NCBI GenBank assembly: GCA_002811645.1
Contig: PDIP01000013.1
Span: 19,742 to 83,741, forward strand
Direction: 5' to 3'
DNA: 64,000 nucleotides
From: Corallochytrium limacisporum Hawaii
Lineage: Eukaryota; Protista; Pluriformea
Below the pieces are notes generated by a model. It saw only the letters and a list, made by a program, of their open reading frames with translations. It was not told the origin of the DNA and searched no databases. Below are positions 45,218-55,265 of the stretch, piece after piece (within the stretch, counting starts at the first letter, position 1; each line of letters starts with the position of its first letter). The translations under genes and the position numbers were made by a program.

Positions 45218-47394
45218 ACTCACAAAGTTCAATATTGGGTCTTCTCTCTGCCTCCCGCTTCAACCGGGACGTGATCCCTGATTGTGCAACCACCTTGGTC
45301 TGCATTCCTCACATACTCACTGACACCTCCGAAAAACCTCTTCCGATGTTGGTCCTTTTGGTGCAATGCCCTTTTTCTATCAACAACCTCGTCATGCGAT
45401 GTTCTGCCCGTTTTCCATTTTTGTGCCGCCACTGCAAAACTTTCCATACACAGGCAGACCGGGGACCCCGGGGCCTGATTGTGACGTTAATCCCAATAAT
45501 TACAGGGTTTCAGCTATTTTGTTCCGCGCCCTTTTCCACCAGGACTTTCGACCAATCACCACGCGAGACAACCCCAGTTTAGATCTTATTTGCTTCGCTA
45601 CCTCCGTCTCTCCCCCTCCCCCATCCTCTGCAACCCATAGCCCGCCGCCCCCTTGACCGAGCGAGTGTATGGAGAATATCACTGATATGTGCAGTATACA
45701 GAGAATATCCCATTATTTTACTTTTTCGGTAGACAAAAGAGAATATCACGATCTATCTTCTTTTTTAAGTTTACAGTGTGGCCAAGAAAGGTGGAATATC
45801 TCACTTTTTCCAGGTTTTTTTTTTTCATTTTCTTTGAGCGGCAATCGAAGAATACCGGTGTTATTAGTACCAAAAGTTTCAAAAACGCCCGGAATCGGTG
45901 GGAGAGGAGGAGGCCCCCTTCCCCAGTTATTTTCCGATGACGACCGAGGGGACTATCTGCTGGCCACCCCCCTCCTTTTTTGCCTACTGCCCTTCTGTCT
46001 TTTCCTTATCCTCCACCCCGCCTCACTGACTTAGTCAGTCAGATCGAGCTCTACCTAAAGTGCCGCCTTTATTGTGTTTCTCTTTAGTGTTTTGGGTGAT
46101 GTGAAATTTTCCGAGGTCGGGAAAAAGACACGGAGAGGGACGACGCCCGGCTCCTTCCCCCCTCCCTCCCCCAGGCCCGGCCTCTCTCCTGGACGCCGTA
46201 CATTCACTATGGCTTCTGCCCGCAGCCTTTTTGGTTGGTGTATACACCACCCCACACACCACAAACCGGCCCACTTTGGGGAAACGCGGGGGTGAAACGA
46301 CGGACGGACAGGACGACACCCTCCCCCCGGCCCGACTCCCCCGGGGAGGGGGGGGGGAACTGTGCTTCGGGAGGCCCCCAAGAGCCAGCGAGGGAGGGGG
46401 CGGCAATTAAAAGAAAAAGGTAACAAAAAAGAAATGACCAAAGATATTTGAAAATTAAAAACAAAAACATGGACAACCAACCACTAAGCTGGGGCCCACT
46501 ATGCCCCAATTTGCTTTTCTCAGCGCCAGGGGGCGGGGCGAGAGAGAGTGGAGCTGGCTCAGCCCGCGTCCTAACGAAGAGTCGCTTGACTACTGGAATT
46601 ACACCGCCGAATTCATGGAACACACGCGCAGATGCTAAAATCCGATGTCTTCGGCGGAGGAATAGGAAGCCGGTTCAATACAAAAGACCCAGAAAACAAA
46701 AGCCAAATAGGCCTCGTACGGCACGCACCCCTCTTCCCTAAATTTTCCTTTTTCATCCCGACCGCAGTCTCCCCTAACGACGATCATATGTTTTCTATTG
46801 AGCGCGCGAAGAGAGCAAGGAAAGGGGGGGGTTTGGACCTCCAAAATTAGAGGCGAAGCGGGCCCCCGTGGATTCGCCGCTTACTTTTCTTTTGTTATCT
46901 TCGTCGTTGGGAACCAAGGATAATTTAAGGTGCTTTTCAAGCCCCCCTCCCCCCCTTTTTCCGGCTCCCACTTCGCCATCTCTCTCTCTTTTCGTGTGTC
47001 TCAGTGTGTGCGCTTAGGCAAAGAAAAAATTGGGAGAAGCCACCGCTCAACGTCCCCCCCCCGGGGGGCGGGGCCAAGCGAAAGAATAAAAATGCAGAGA
47101 AATAAAGGCACAAGCAGGAAAAAATTGGCAAGGAAAAAGTCCAAGAGACGAGAAGAAGCCCCGATTGAGAGCAAGAAGAACCCAAAAAAAAAAGAAAGAG
47201 GCAAAGTGGGGTGGGGAGCAGGGAGAGGAGGGGGAGCCTCCACGACGGCGGGAGCGAATCCCCTCCCCGCGTTTTTTTTCCCGCAAATTAAGCGAATAGA
47301 AAATTCAAGAGCGGCGGAAAAAAAAAGAGAGAGGGAAAAACTTGCTGCGTCAGAAACTAAGCGTCCCATTCCTCGGAGAGGCCGCCTCCCCCCC

Positions 47395-47428
47395 GGGGGG
47401 GGTAGGGTAGGGTAGGGAGACGGGAGGG
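47395..47428 (+). promoter_or_regulatory. Predicted G-quadruplex-forming tract upstream of Ras
   Basis: GGGGGGGG-TA-GGG-TA-GGG-TA-GGG-AGAC-GGG-A-GGG fits the G3+N1-7 x4 pattern; function is inferred. Confidence 0.5.
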
Positions 47429-47983
47429 AAGGCGGCAGAAGGAGGCGGTGGGGGCGGTTGCGCTTTCTTCACGGGAGGTTAGCGACGCTTTTGGTAGAGA
47501 ATGTACCCGCCGCGATGGGGGGAACGGACGTGCGCCCTGCGGTTCCTCCCTGCTCCCAGCCTACCGCCGCCCCCCCCTCCACCATCGGAGCCGGGGAAAA
47601 GGGGGAGGCGGCGTAGGGACCACTGCGCCGGTTCTTGGGCGCAGTATCCGAGGGATTCGCGGAGTGTCGCAATTTGGCAGGGCGTGTGTGTTTATCCGGC
47701 GCGTTTCGGACCCAAGAAATAAACATTTTGTCTGGACTTTGCGTTTGGGCCATGATGGTTACGTGCAATGAGCAACGTTTTGGCCAAATGCGATACCTTT
47801 CGTTCTTTCTATTAACAGATATTTCAAAGTGGGCGTCTAATCAGATTGACTACAATGGAGGGTGTAAAAAGAATCGTTTGCGTTTGCGCGTCCCTTGAGA
47901 GCAATATTCGCAAGCCCGAGTAAAGATCGCAGAAAGCTGTAATTTAGGCCCAAGGTCTTGGAAAGCTTACTTACAAAGCAAGT

Positions 47984-48616
47984 ATGGCGGCCGTTTCTGA
48001 CGCCAAGGAAAACTACAGCATCGTCGTGGTCGGCGAAGGTGGTGTTGGCAAGTCTGCCTGCACACTAAACTTCATTCGGGGACAGTTCATCGAAGAGTAC
48101 GATCCCACGATTGAAGACTCATACTGTAAGTTTTCGGAAGTTGACGGGGTAAAGTCGAGCCTGGAGATTACCGACACTGCTGGTCAGGAAGAATACCGCG
48201 GCCTGTGGGGAGATAAATTTATGCGCAGCGGCGAAGGTTTTCTACTGGTGTACTCAATAACGCAGAAATCATCGTGGGAGAAGGTCAAGGATCTCTACGA
48301 ACAGATTCTGCGTGTCAAGGACACTGACAAATGCCCTGCAGTCATTATCGGAAACAAATGTGACTTGGAGGAGGACCGCGAGGTGTCTACCGAAGAGGGT
48401 GCGGAGCTCAAGGAGAAGCTCGGGGTGGATGCTTTCATGGAGACCAGTGCTAAAACTAGCAAGAATATTGAGGAGGCATTTATTACCATTGCACGGGCCA
48501 TCCGTGACTATCGCAAGGAAAAGGCGGCCCACGCACCACCGCCCGAGCCCGAACCTACCAATGGAACGGCAAAGGCGGAGAATGCCAAGAAGGGGAGATG
48601 CTGCCTGATTCTGTGA
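47984..48616 (+). CDS. Ras-family small GTPase with CaaX box
   Basis: GEGGVGKS, YDPTIEDSY, DTAGQEEY, GNKCDL, ETSAK, C-terminal CCLIL. Confidence 0.95.
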   Translation: MAAVSDAKENYSIVVVGEGGVGKSACTLNFIRGQFIEEYDPTIEDSYCKFSEVDGVKSSLEITDTAGQEEYRGLWGDKFMRSGEGFLLVYSITQKSSWEKVKDLYEQILRVKDTDKCPAVIIGNKCDLEEDREVSTEEGAELKEKLGVDAFMETSAKTSKNIEEAFITIARAIRDYRKEKAAHAPPPEPEPTNGTAKAENAKKGRCCLIL

Positions 48617-48978
48617 GGAGCCAGAGTCATTACTGCTACCCACACTCCACTGTTCAAGGCGCTTCAAGAAAACATTTCCTTTGCATACATAACATGATTC
48701 CGGTCACCATGGGCAGTGTTGATGGCCCCTCGGAACCTTACTGTTCAACCCAGGTGTGGACCTTTTGTTGGGTTTTGATTCGATACCAGTTCATTGGTAG
48801 GTTCAAACTTCGGCACTGTCGTCGCCGGAGAGGGTGGATTTGCGGTGATATGGTGATAACAATTGTAAACATGGTCGTTTTGAATAGACTTACCTTTATA
48901 TTGACAGAGAGTATGTGCTAAAAGAGACGGTTCCCAGTGCTTGGAGGACAGCCGAGTGGACTTCACCATGAACTTGCC

Positions 48979-49980
48979 TCAGCGAGTGCTGGCCGTCTTC
49001 TGGGTCGCGGGCAGAGGCGGCAAGCCTGCCTTCGTGCTGAACATGGCAATTTCATAACGAAGAGCGGCAATGCTTTGCTTCTGGTGTTTGACTTTTTTTA
49101 TCAGAGCACGCCGTTCGGCACCATGGCCACCTGGCGCGGCGGCTTCTGTCATGCTCGTAACGTCTACATTTCTCTGTGCGTCATCCAGGGTGATATGGAG
49201 GTCACGGTTTTGCGTGTGAATATCATCGAAGTCTTCCAGAGCCTTCAAATTCCTGGCACAGGAGAAGCACAGCATTGACACCCAGAAGCAGGGTCCGCTG
49301 TACTTCAATGCCCTCCCTCTGCAGTACCTGAACGGCAGAATCAAACTTACTGGCGAGATGGATGATGGTACTGACAATGCTCTCTATACGATGAATGAAC
49401 GGCACGGATGCACTGACACTCGTAAATATCGCGCTTCAATGGGTCCATGTCGCTGATCTTCTCTTCTTCAATGACTGACTCATTCTGGACCTCATCGTCG
49501 TCATCCTCACAGGTTTTCTCATCAACAGTTTCACATTTTGACTTTCCCGTTGTCTCCTGTGGTGTCATCATCATCAGCGTGGAACTTCCCCATTTCCTTG
49601 CGAACAGCAATATCTGTTTCAGACTTTGCCCGCTGCGACTCATCATTTGTGTCAAGGATATTGTGTCTCTTGTTTGGAAACAATGGATGTTCATCCTCGG
49701 TGACTTCATCATCAGTTTTCATGTGGAACTTGAGATCATCTCACTGTTCGACCCGCGCTTGTGCGTCGGCCGGACTTAGTTACCCTGTTTCTGTGAAAGC
49801 AAATATCCCTTGGAATTTACGGACAAGATCTCTCGCCCTTCCTTATGAGAACCCGAAAGCTCTCTCGTATTTTCTCATTCGTTTTTTTTTCCGGTTGTGC
49901 CGCAGTTACGTCTCGTTCTCATAGTTTTTGGCCTGGATAGTTTTGGATTCTCTTGTGGCAATGAGATTTGGACAACCATT
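48979..49980 (-). pseudogene. Degraded relic resembling the C-terminal coiled-coil part of CFAP44/WDR52 (axonemal protein)
   Basis: Protein-like segments spread over several minus frames with stops and frameshifts. The last segment ERRALIKKVKHQKQSIAALRYEIAMFSTKAGLPP resembles the CFAP44 C-terminus as recalled. The 5' boundary is approximate. Confidence 0.5.
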
Positions 49981-50280
49981 CCTTGCGGGAGGCTACTGAA
50001 CGTCACAGTGTAAGGCACAGGTTCGATTATCGTCTATGGGAGCGGGCCCCGTTGCACTGATGATACTAGTGCGTCATTAGTCTGTTGGGCGTTACATCGT
50101 TCTCAGCCTCACTCCAATTGAACTCACAGCTTCATCGGTAACGAGCAAGCCCTGAGAAGGGTGTTCACGTCGACTATTTGTTGCACATGAGAAAATGTAA
50201 GTTGCAATCAAGTCTATCGTGGCCTGTATCCATGTTCGTGGTCGGAGTACTGTAGGACCGAACAATCACTGCCATTCACC

Positions 50281-52812
50281 ATGCCTCAATCAGTAACTGA
50301 CTCCGCATATAACGATATTGAGACCGCCAGCTTGGTGTCCTCATACGAAGATGACTTTAAGGCGACCACAGAGGAGGTAATGCGGGAACTCTTCGTTCAT
50401 GTCCAGGAGTTATGCAACGACGGGTCTGTGACCTTCGGTGCAATCATGGACGCCCTTCGTCACGAAGGTATCCTCTTCTGGCGTGACCGTCGTTGGGCAA
50501 AGAGCCAGGAACGCTTCGTGGACTTGGCTATCAGGTTGTACCCAAGTCATGGCGACGTGGAAATTAACAAAAAGTGGCTGGCTCGAGTCACCGGGCGAAG
50601 GGATCGAAGTCATCTAACTGAGGAGGAGAAGTGCATTGTTGAAAATTTGCGCAGAGTCCATTTGACATACGAAGATTTTGTCTGGGCTATTTCACCATGT
50701 GCATACCTGTACATGAAGGCTTTCAGTGGCGAGTTTATTATTTCGGACTGGAATGGATTCTGCCTTGACATAGCCAACTTGTACACACAGTGTATGCGAA
50801 ATCGCGAAGGCGCCAATGCAGATTACATCCCGATCTTGAGGGATGCAGAGAGTGAGTATTGGGGTGTGAGTGTATGTAGCGTGGATGGTCAGCGCTTCAA
50901 CATCGGTGACACGAACATTCCCTACACAATTCAATCTACCAGCAAACCCGTCACGTATGCGATTGGTCTTTGCCGGGAAGGAGAAAACTTTGTTAGCAGA
51001 TGGATTGATGTTGAGCCCGCTGGGCGGCCATTCAACACTCAGGATCTCGACCCGGAAACACAACGACCTTTCAATGCGAGCATCAATGCGGGAGCCATCA
51101 TGGCAGCAGGTGTAGTTGCCTCGCACTACATAGACAAGGAGGACCATCACCATCCGAATCCTCGGCCGAGCATTACTCGAACGACCCCCGGTGGTCATGT
51201 TGAGATTGATAGTAGCATGGCACCTAGTGCTATGCTTGATCTGGACGAGTTAAATCTGGACGACGAGGCTCTATCCACTGTTGATGTGGCACGTGATCAT
51301 CATGGTGATGGAGACAGCTTGCATGTTTCCTCGAACCGCTCAGTAAATACGAATCATGGCATGGACATTGGTGCCGATTTTCAAGTGGATGACATTCAAC
51401 GTATGGGCAAATATGTCAACTGGCGCAAGGTCGTTCACGATGTTGCCCACGTGTGGGCTGAACTGAGCGGTCATGATAGCAAGATTCGCCTAAGTGAAGA
51501 AACTTTCAAGTCGGAAAGATCCTCAGCTTACAATAACTTTGCAATTGCGTACAATTTGCGCGGACGATGCGGGCTGCCTCGGGACGTTAGTCTACACTCA
51601 ATGCTCGATGTGTACCTAGGCTGTTGCTCCCTGGAGATCACTGCGGAGGCCATGAGTGTAGCTGCTGCCACACTGGCTAACGGAGGTGTTTGCCCGATTA
51701 CGGGCATTGAGGTCTTCCCGGCGGCCGTTGTGCGTCACGTTCTCGCAGAGACAATGACCTGTGGTATGTATGATCAGGCTGGTCACTTTGTCGTGGAAGT
51801 GGGTCTTCCAGCTAAATCTGGTGTGAGTGGTGCACTTATGATCATTGCACCAAACGTGTGTGGATTTGCCACCTTCTCACCACGCCTGAATTCTGCAGGC
51901 AACAGTGTACGCGGTGTCGAATTTTGCGAGCGCCTGGTAGGTACATATCGCATGCACATCTTCGAGCCTCTTAACGGAGGCAGCGGCGGATCTAAGATCG
52001 ACCCACGTCAGAATGGCAGCCGTAGCCAACGCCTCACGCACACGAGACTTGCATGGGCCCTCGAGGCGGGCGATGTGTGGGCCACCCGCTTCCGGGACAT
52101 CCTACTACGTCTAATGCTCTGGGTGGGCAGCGATAGTACAGAAGGCCTCAGTCCGCGAGTAGTTGACCGCATTCAGGAGCTGTACAAGAACATCTTCGTG
52201 ATGCCCATATCGGATGATGTCTTGGAAGCAGCAAGGAAAGATATTTGCGCATGCGAAAACAAGATTGAATGCATTCGGGAGCTTCTTCATCGCATCCGAC
52301 TGCAAGATGGCATGAGAAAGATTATCGGCATGATGCTGAGGGAGATTGCACTGATTGATGGCCGCATTGAGGAGGCTGAACGGGACACAATAGTCAGCAT
52401 CGGAGAGGTTCTGGGTATCAAGCGAGAGGTAACGATGCTTGAGCTCGACAAGAGTCAGGCCACCCTCGAATTTGACAAAGAATCAGGATGCTCTCAACTT
52501 CAGGAACTGCAGAACGCTGCCGATGCGCAGTCCCGTGGCATTAGTGGAGCTGTGCACATCAATCCAGAAAATCGGACCTCTCAAGGCAAGGAAGCCCTGT
52601 TGACCGCTATTGAGAATGCCTCGCCACCCATTGCGTTGGACGAGATGATGGCATTGCGCGCTGAGAACTCTCAGCTCAAGAAACGGATCAAACGCATGAA
52701 TAAGCTGATGACTGACATGCTCCACTACAACAGCGTTGCGAAGGTGACGCTGGAGAATGCAGGACTGGTCGGCGAGGCCCGAAAGATTAGGATTGCCAGT
52801 TACAAGCCCTAG
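50281..52812 (+). CDS. GLS: Glutaminase (GLS-type) with C-terminal TerB-like domain and coiled coil
   Basis: ADYIP, SVDGQR, catalytic IQSTSKP (SxxK), INAGAI, AATLANGGVCP, CGMYD, GLPAKSGVSG, GNSVRG, IDPR. C-terminal IALIDGRIEEAERDTIVSIGEVLGI. Confidence 0.93.
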   Translation: MPQSVTDSAYNDIETASLVSSYEDDFKATTEEVMRELFVHVQELCNDGSVTFGAIMDALRHEGILFWRDRRWAKSQERFVDLAIRLYPSHGDVEINKKWLARVTGRRDRSHLTEEEKCIVENLRRVHLTYEDFVWAISPCAYLYMKAFSGEFIISDWNGFCLDIANLYTQCMRNREGANADYIPILRDAESEYWGVSVCSVDGQRFNIGDTNIPYTIQSTSKPVTYAIGLCREGENFVSRWIDVEPAGRPFNTQDLDPETQRPFNASINAGAIMAAGVVASHYIDKEDHHHPNPRPSITRTTPGGHVEIDSSMAPSAMLDLDELNLDDEALSTVDVARDHHGDGDSLHVSSNRSVNTNHGMDIGADFQVDDIQRMGKYVNWRKVVHDVAHVWAELSGHDSKIRLSEETFKSERSSAYNNFAIAYNLRGRCGLPRDVSLHSMLDVYLGCCSLEITAEAMSVAAATLANGGVCPITGIEVFPAAVVRHVLAETMTCGMYDQAGHFVVEVGLPAKSGVSGALMIIAPNVCGFATFSPRLNSAGNSVRGVEFCERLVGTYRMHIFEPLNGGSGGSKIDPRQNGSRSQRLTHTRLAWALEAGDVWATRFRDILLRLMLWVGSDSTEGLSPRVVDRIQELYKNIFVMPISDDVLEAARKDICACENKIECIRELLHRIRLQDGMRKIIGMMLREIALIDGRIEEAERDTIVSIGEVLGIKREVTMLELDKSQATLEFDKESGCSQLQELQNAADAQSRGISGAVHINPENRTSQGKEALLTAIENASPPIALDEMMALRAENSQLKKRIKRMNKLMTDMLHYNSVAKVTLENAGLVGEARKIRIASYKP

Positions 52813-52877
52813 ATACCGGTGTATTTATATCGGCAGGGCCATATTCATAAAGACCCGTAGTTTGCTTTATTAGTCAG

Positions 52878-55265
52878 TTAGACCTCCACGTCGTTGTCGC
52901 TATTCGTTGACTTGCTAGCTGCATCTTGCACATGCTCCACCGCATGCTCAACTGCCTGTTCCACGGTGTAACCGATTTCGTTGACCAGTGCTTGCTGTCC
53001 CCTTAGTCTGTCCTGCTGAATGGCTTGCAGCAGCTTCATCTCCGTGGCAGCGACAGCCCGCTCGACGGCCCCCTCGATCAACATCTGCATGTAAGGCGTA
53101 CTCTGCACTTGCTCGTCGATGCTGGATGTGCCTGGTCCATTGATACCCGCAACACCGAATGGATGCATTGCCGGCGACGGCATTCCGAAAACGCTCCGAT
53201 TCAATCCCGGATCGAAGGGTAGTTGGCCGCGTGGACCAGTTATGGTCGGGTTCAGCGGATTTGTAGTATGCACAGGAGCTGCAGCAAAGTCGTCGTAGTA
53301 GCTCGACTCCGAATCCACCTGGACATCATAGGCAGAAGTGACAAATGCCTCAAATGGATTCTTCCTTCCGTCACATTCGCTGCTTGTAGAATCCTCTTCA
53401 TGTATAATTTCTTCATGAATTTGTACACTGTATCCATCTCGCCTCCCAGTCGGATTCAGCGGAAAATCATCGTTACTTGGGGCCTGTTCATCTGGCCGCT
53501 TAATCATCCGTGCCTGTCCGAGTCCAAACAATGATGCACGCGAGGGAGTCTTTCCCTTGTCCGGAATGCCAGGCTCTGTCCCTGTTGGTGACGTTGGGGA
53601 CGTTGGACCTGGAGTTAGGACCGTCTTCCCTGTCGATTCAAATCGGTTCCCCAAGGCATAGTTATGTACCCGACTAGCGCTTTCAATCGCTGCTGCCCGA
53701 GGTAGACTTGCCATCTTGCGCCTAACTCCACGGACCACGTTAATTTGCTGTTGAAGTTCTGCCTTTAGGGCTTTCCGAATTACCTTGCGACGCTTCTGAT
53801 TGGCATATGAATACTTGCCATGCATGCGAAAGCGATAAGTCCGCCAAGCGATTTGAATAATCCGGGCAGAATGATCGCGCAGGCGCTCCATGTGGCCGGA
53901 GAAAGTGCTCCATTCCAGGGCAGACTCCTCAACGGAGTTGGGTCGCAGCCGGTAGTTGAGAAGATTGACCAACAGCGCAAATAGAACAACGCCTAAGAAA
54001 CATGAAACGACTGCTAGGGCCCTGCCTCCCATGGTGACTGGATCATAGACATCGAATGGGTCCCCGGGCCACGCCGTCAACATGCCTACAACAGAGATCA
54101 TGATGCCCTCACTGATCCCAAAGAGTTCAGGCTGTACCCTGCGCTCAAATAGATAGATTCCATATCCCGTAACCCCTCCTGCATAGACAATCCAGCCAGT
54201 AATCAACACGATAGGATGTTTGTAGAAGAGCATTTTCAGAGTCAGCCAGGTGTTAAACTTGAGACTCAGTGCTTGGCTGTATCCTTTCAGTTGACGGATC
54301 TTGTTTCTTATGCGGTACAAATGGCTATAGTTCCGCAGCACCCGCAGCCCGGTGAGCAATCTAAGCAAGATGCACGTTGAACAAAGCAGATCTAGCCACT
54401 GGGGCAGAAAATATTGCGCGCCCGGCAGAGGCATTAAAAGCAGAAGCAGCAGTTCAGGCATAACCTCTTGTTTCATGTTAAAGAACACGGATGCTAGTGT
54501 CGGTGCTTGGTAGCGAAGTCGCGCTGCGATCTCAACAAGCTCAGCAACGCGTTCTGGATTGAGATGCTGCATCGTCTCGTCCGCCAAAGAATCAGAGTCA
54601 AAGCTGTTTCTGCGGTAGGAATTCACCCTACGTCGTACGGAAGGGCCTCCGTTCCCTTCTGGTTCCTTACCCTTGGAATTATCGAATCCAAGCTCCTCCA
54701 CTTCTAGCTCATGCTGTCGCTTTAGTTCTCGTTGATGGCGCTGAAACTTGCGCTTTTGTTCCCGTTTAATGTTGAACACAAAGCTCTCGTTCTCACTCCA
54801 CATTAAAAAGTAGTGATATTCAACGATAAATGCAGCCGAGAAGAGCGTGATCAGAACAATTGCACCCCTGGCAAGGTAGCTGACCACATCTGATTGGAGG
54901 GCTTCTCCATGTCCTGCCACTCTCCACTGCCACTCCATGTCGAAAACGCTGAGTCCCACACAGATACAGCTGAGGCCGAACAAAATGTTATCCCGTCGTC
55001 GAATCTGCCGATCAATTTTACCGGTCTGTAAAGATGTAGACAGCATATTAAATCCGTTGTTATTACCTTGGTTGGCCTCCGGTCCATGATGAGGCAACAG
55101 TGGTACATCGTCAGCTATCTGCTCTGAATGACCAAGGCTTCCGCTATTTGTTCGCCGCAATATCGGCGGTGATAGAGCTGGTTCAGGTAATTTAAGGCCC
55201 ATTGCATTCCCAGACTCATCTTGGCCTTGACTGCGGTGCTGAGAAGCACGTTCGAATCGACCCAT
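52878..55265 (-). CDS. SK/KCNN-type (small-conductance Ca2+-activated K+ channel family) six-TM channel with aberrant pore
   Basis: Colinear with KCNN: S1-S2 ending EYH, ELLLLLLMPLPG, ILLRL..RV, FNT..LK, FER, pore and S6 (PVTMGGRALAVVSCFLG), CaM-binding ARIIQIAWRTYR. First ATG at 55265; the track start is GTG. Confidence 0.85.
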   Translation of the reverse strand: MGRFERASQHRSQGQDESGNAMGLKLPEPALSPPILRRTNSGSLGHSEQIADDVPLLPHHGPEANQGNNNGFNMLSTSLQTGKIDRQIRRRDNILFGLSCICVGLSVFDMEWQWRVAGHGEALQSDVVSYLARGAIVLITLFSAAFIVEYHYFLMWSENESFVFNIKREQKRKFQRHQRELKRQHELEVEELGFDNSKGKEPEGNGGPSVRRRVNSYRRNSFDSDSLADETMQHLNPERVAELVEIAARLRYQAPTLASVFFNMKQEVMPELLLLLLMPLPGAQYFLPQWLDLLCSTCILLRLLTGLRVLRNYSHLYRIRNKIRQLKGYSQALSLKFNTWLTLKMLFYKHPIVLITGWIVYAGGVTGYGIYLFERRVQPELFGISEGIMISVVGMLTAWPGDPFDVYDPVTMGGRALAVVSCFLGVVLFALLVNLLNYRLRPNSVEESALEWSTFSGHMERLRDHSARIIQIAWRTYRFRMHGKYSYANQKRRKVIRKALKAELQQQINVVRGVRRKMASLPRAAAIESASRVHNYALGNRFESTGKTVLTPGPTSPTSPTGTEPGIPDKGKTPSRASLFGLGQARMIKRPDEQAPSNDDFPLNPTGRRDGYSVQIHEEIIHEEDSTSSECDGRKNPFEAFVTSAYDVQVDSESSYYDDFAAAPVHTTNPLNPTITGPRGQLPFDPGLNRSVFGMPSPAMHPFGVAGINGPGTSSIDEQVQSTPYMQMLIEGAVERAVAATEMKLLQAIQQDRLRGQQALVNEIGYTVEQAVEHAVEHVQDAASKSTNSDNDVEV

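Noticed and set aside
47401-47417. (TAGGG)3 as a telomeric repeat
   Set aside because: Only three internal units and not TTAGGG; treated as a G4 tract instead.
49328-49350. 23-nt GTAAGT...CAG micro-intron that would join two minus-strand ORF pieces in the CFAP44-like relic
   Set aside because: It has no room for a branch site, the joined frame skips the CFAP44-like middle block, and it does not fix the upstream stops.
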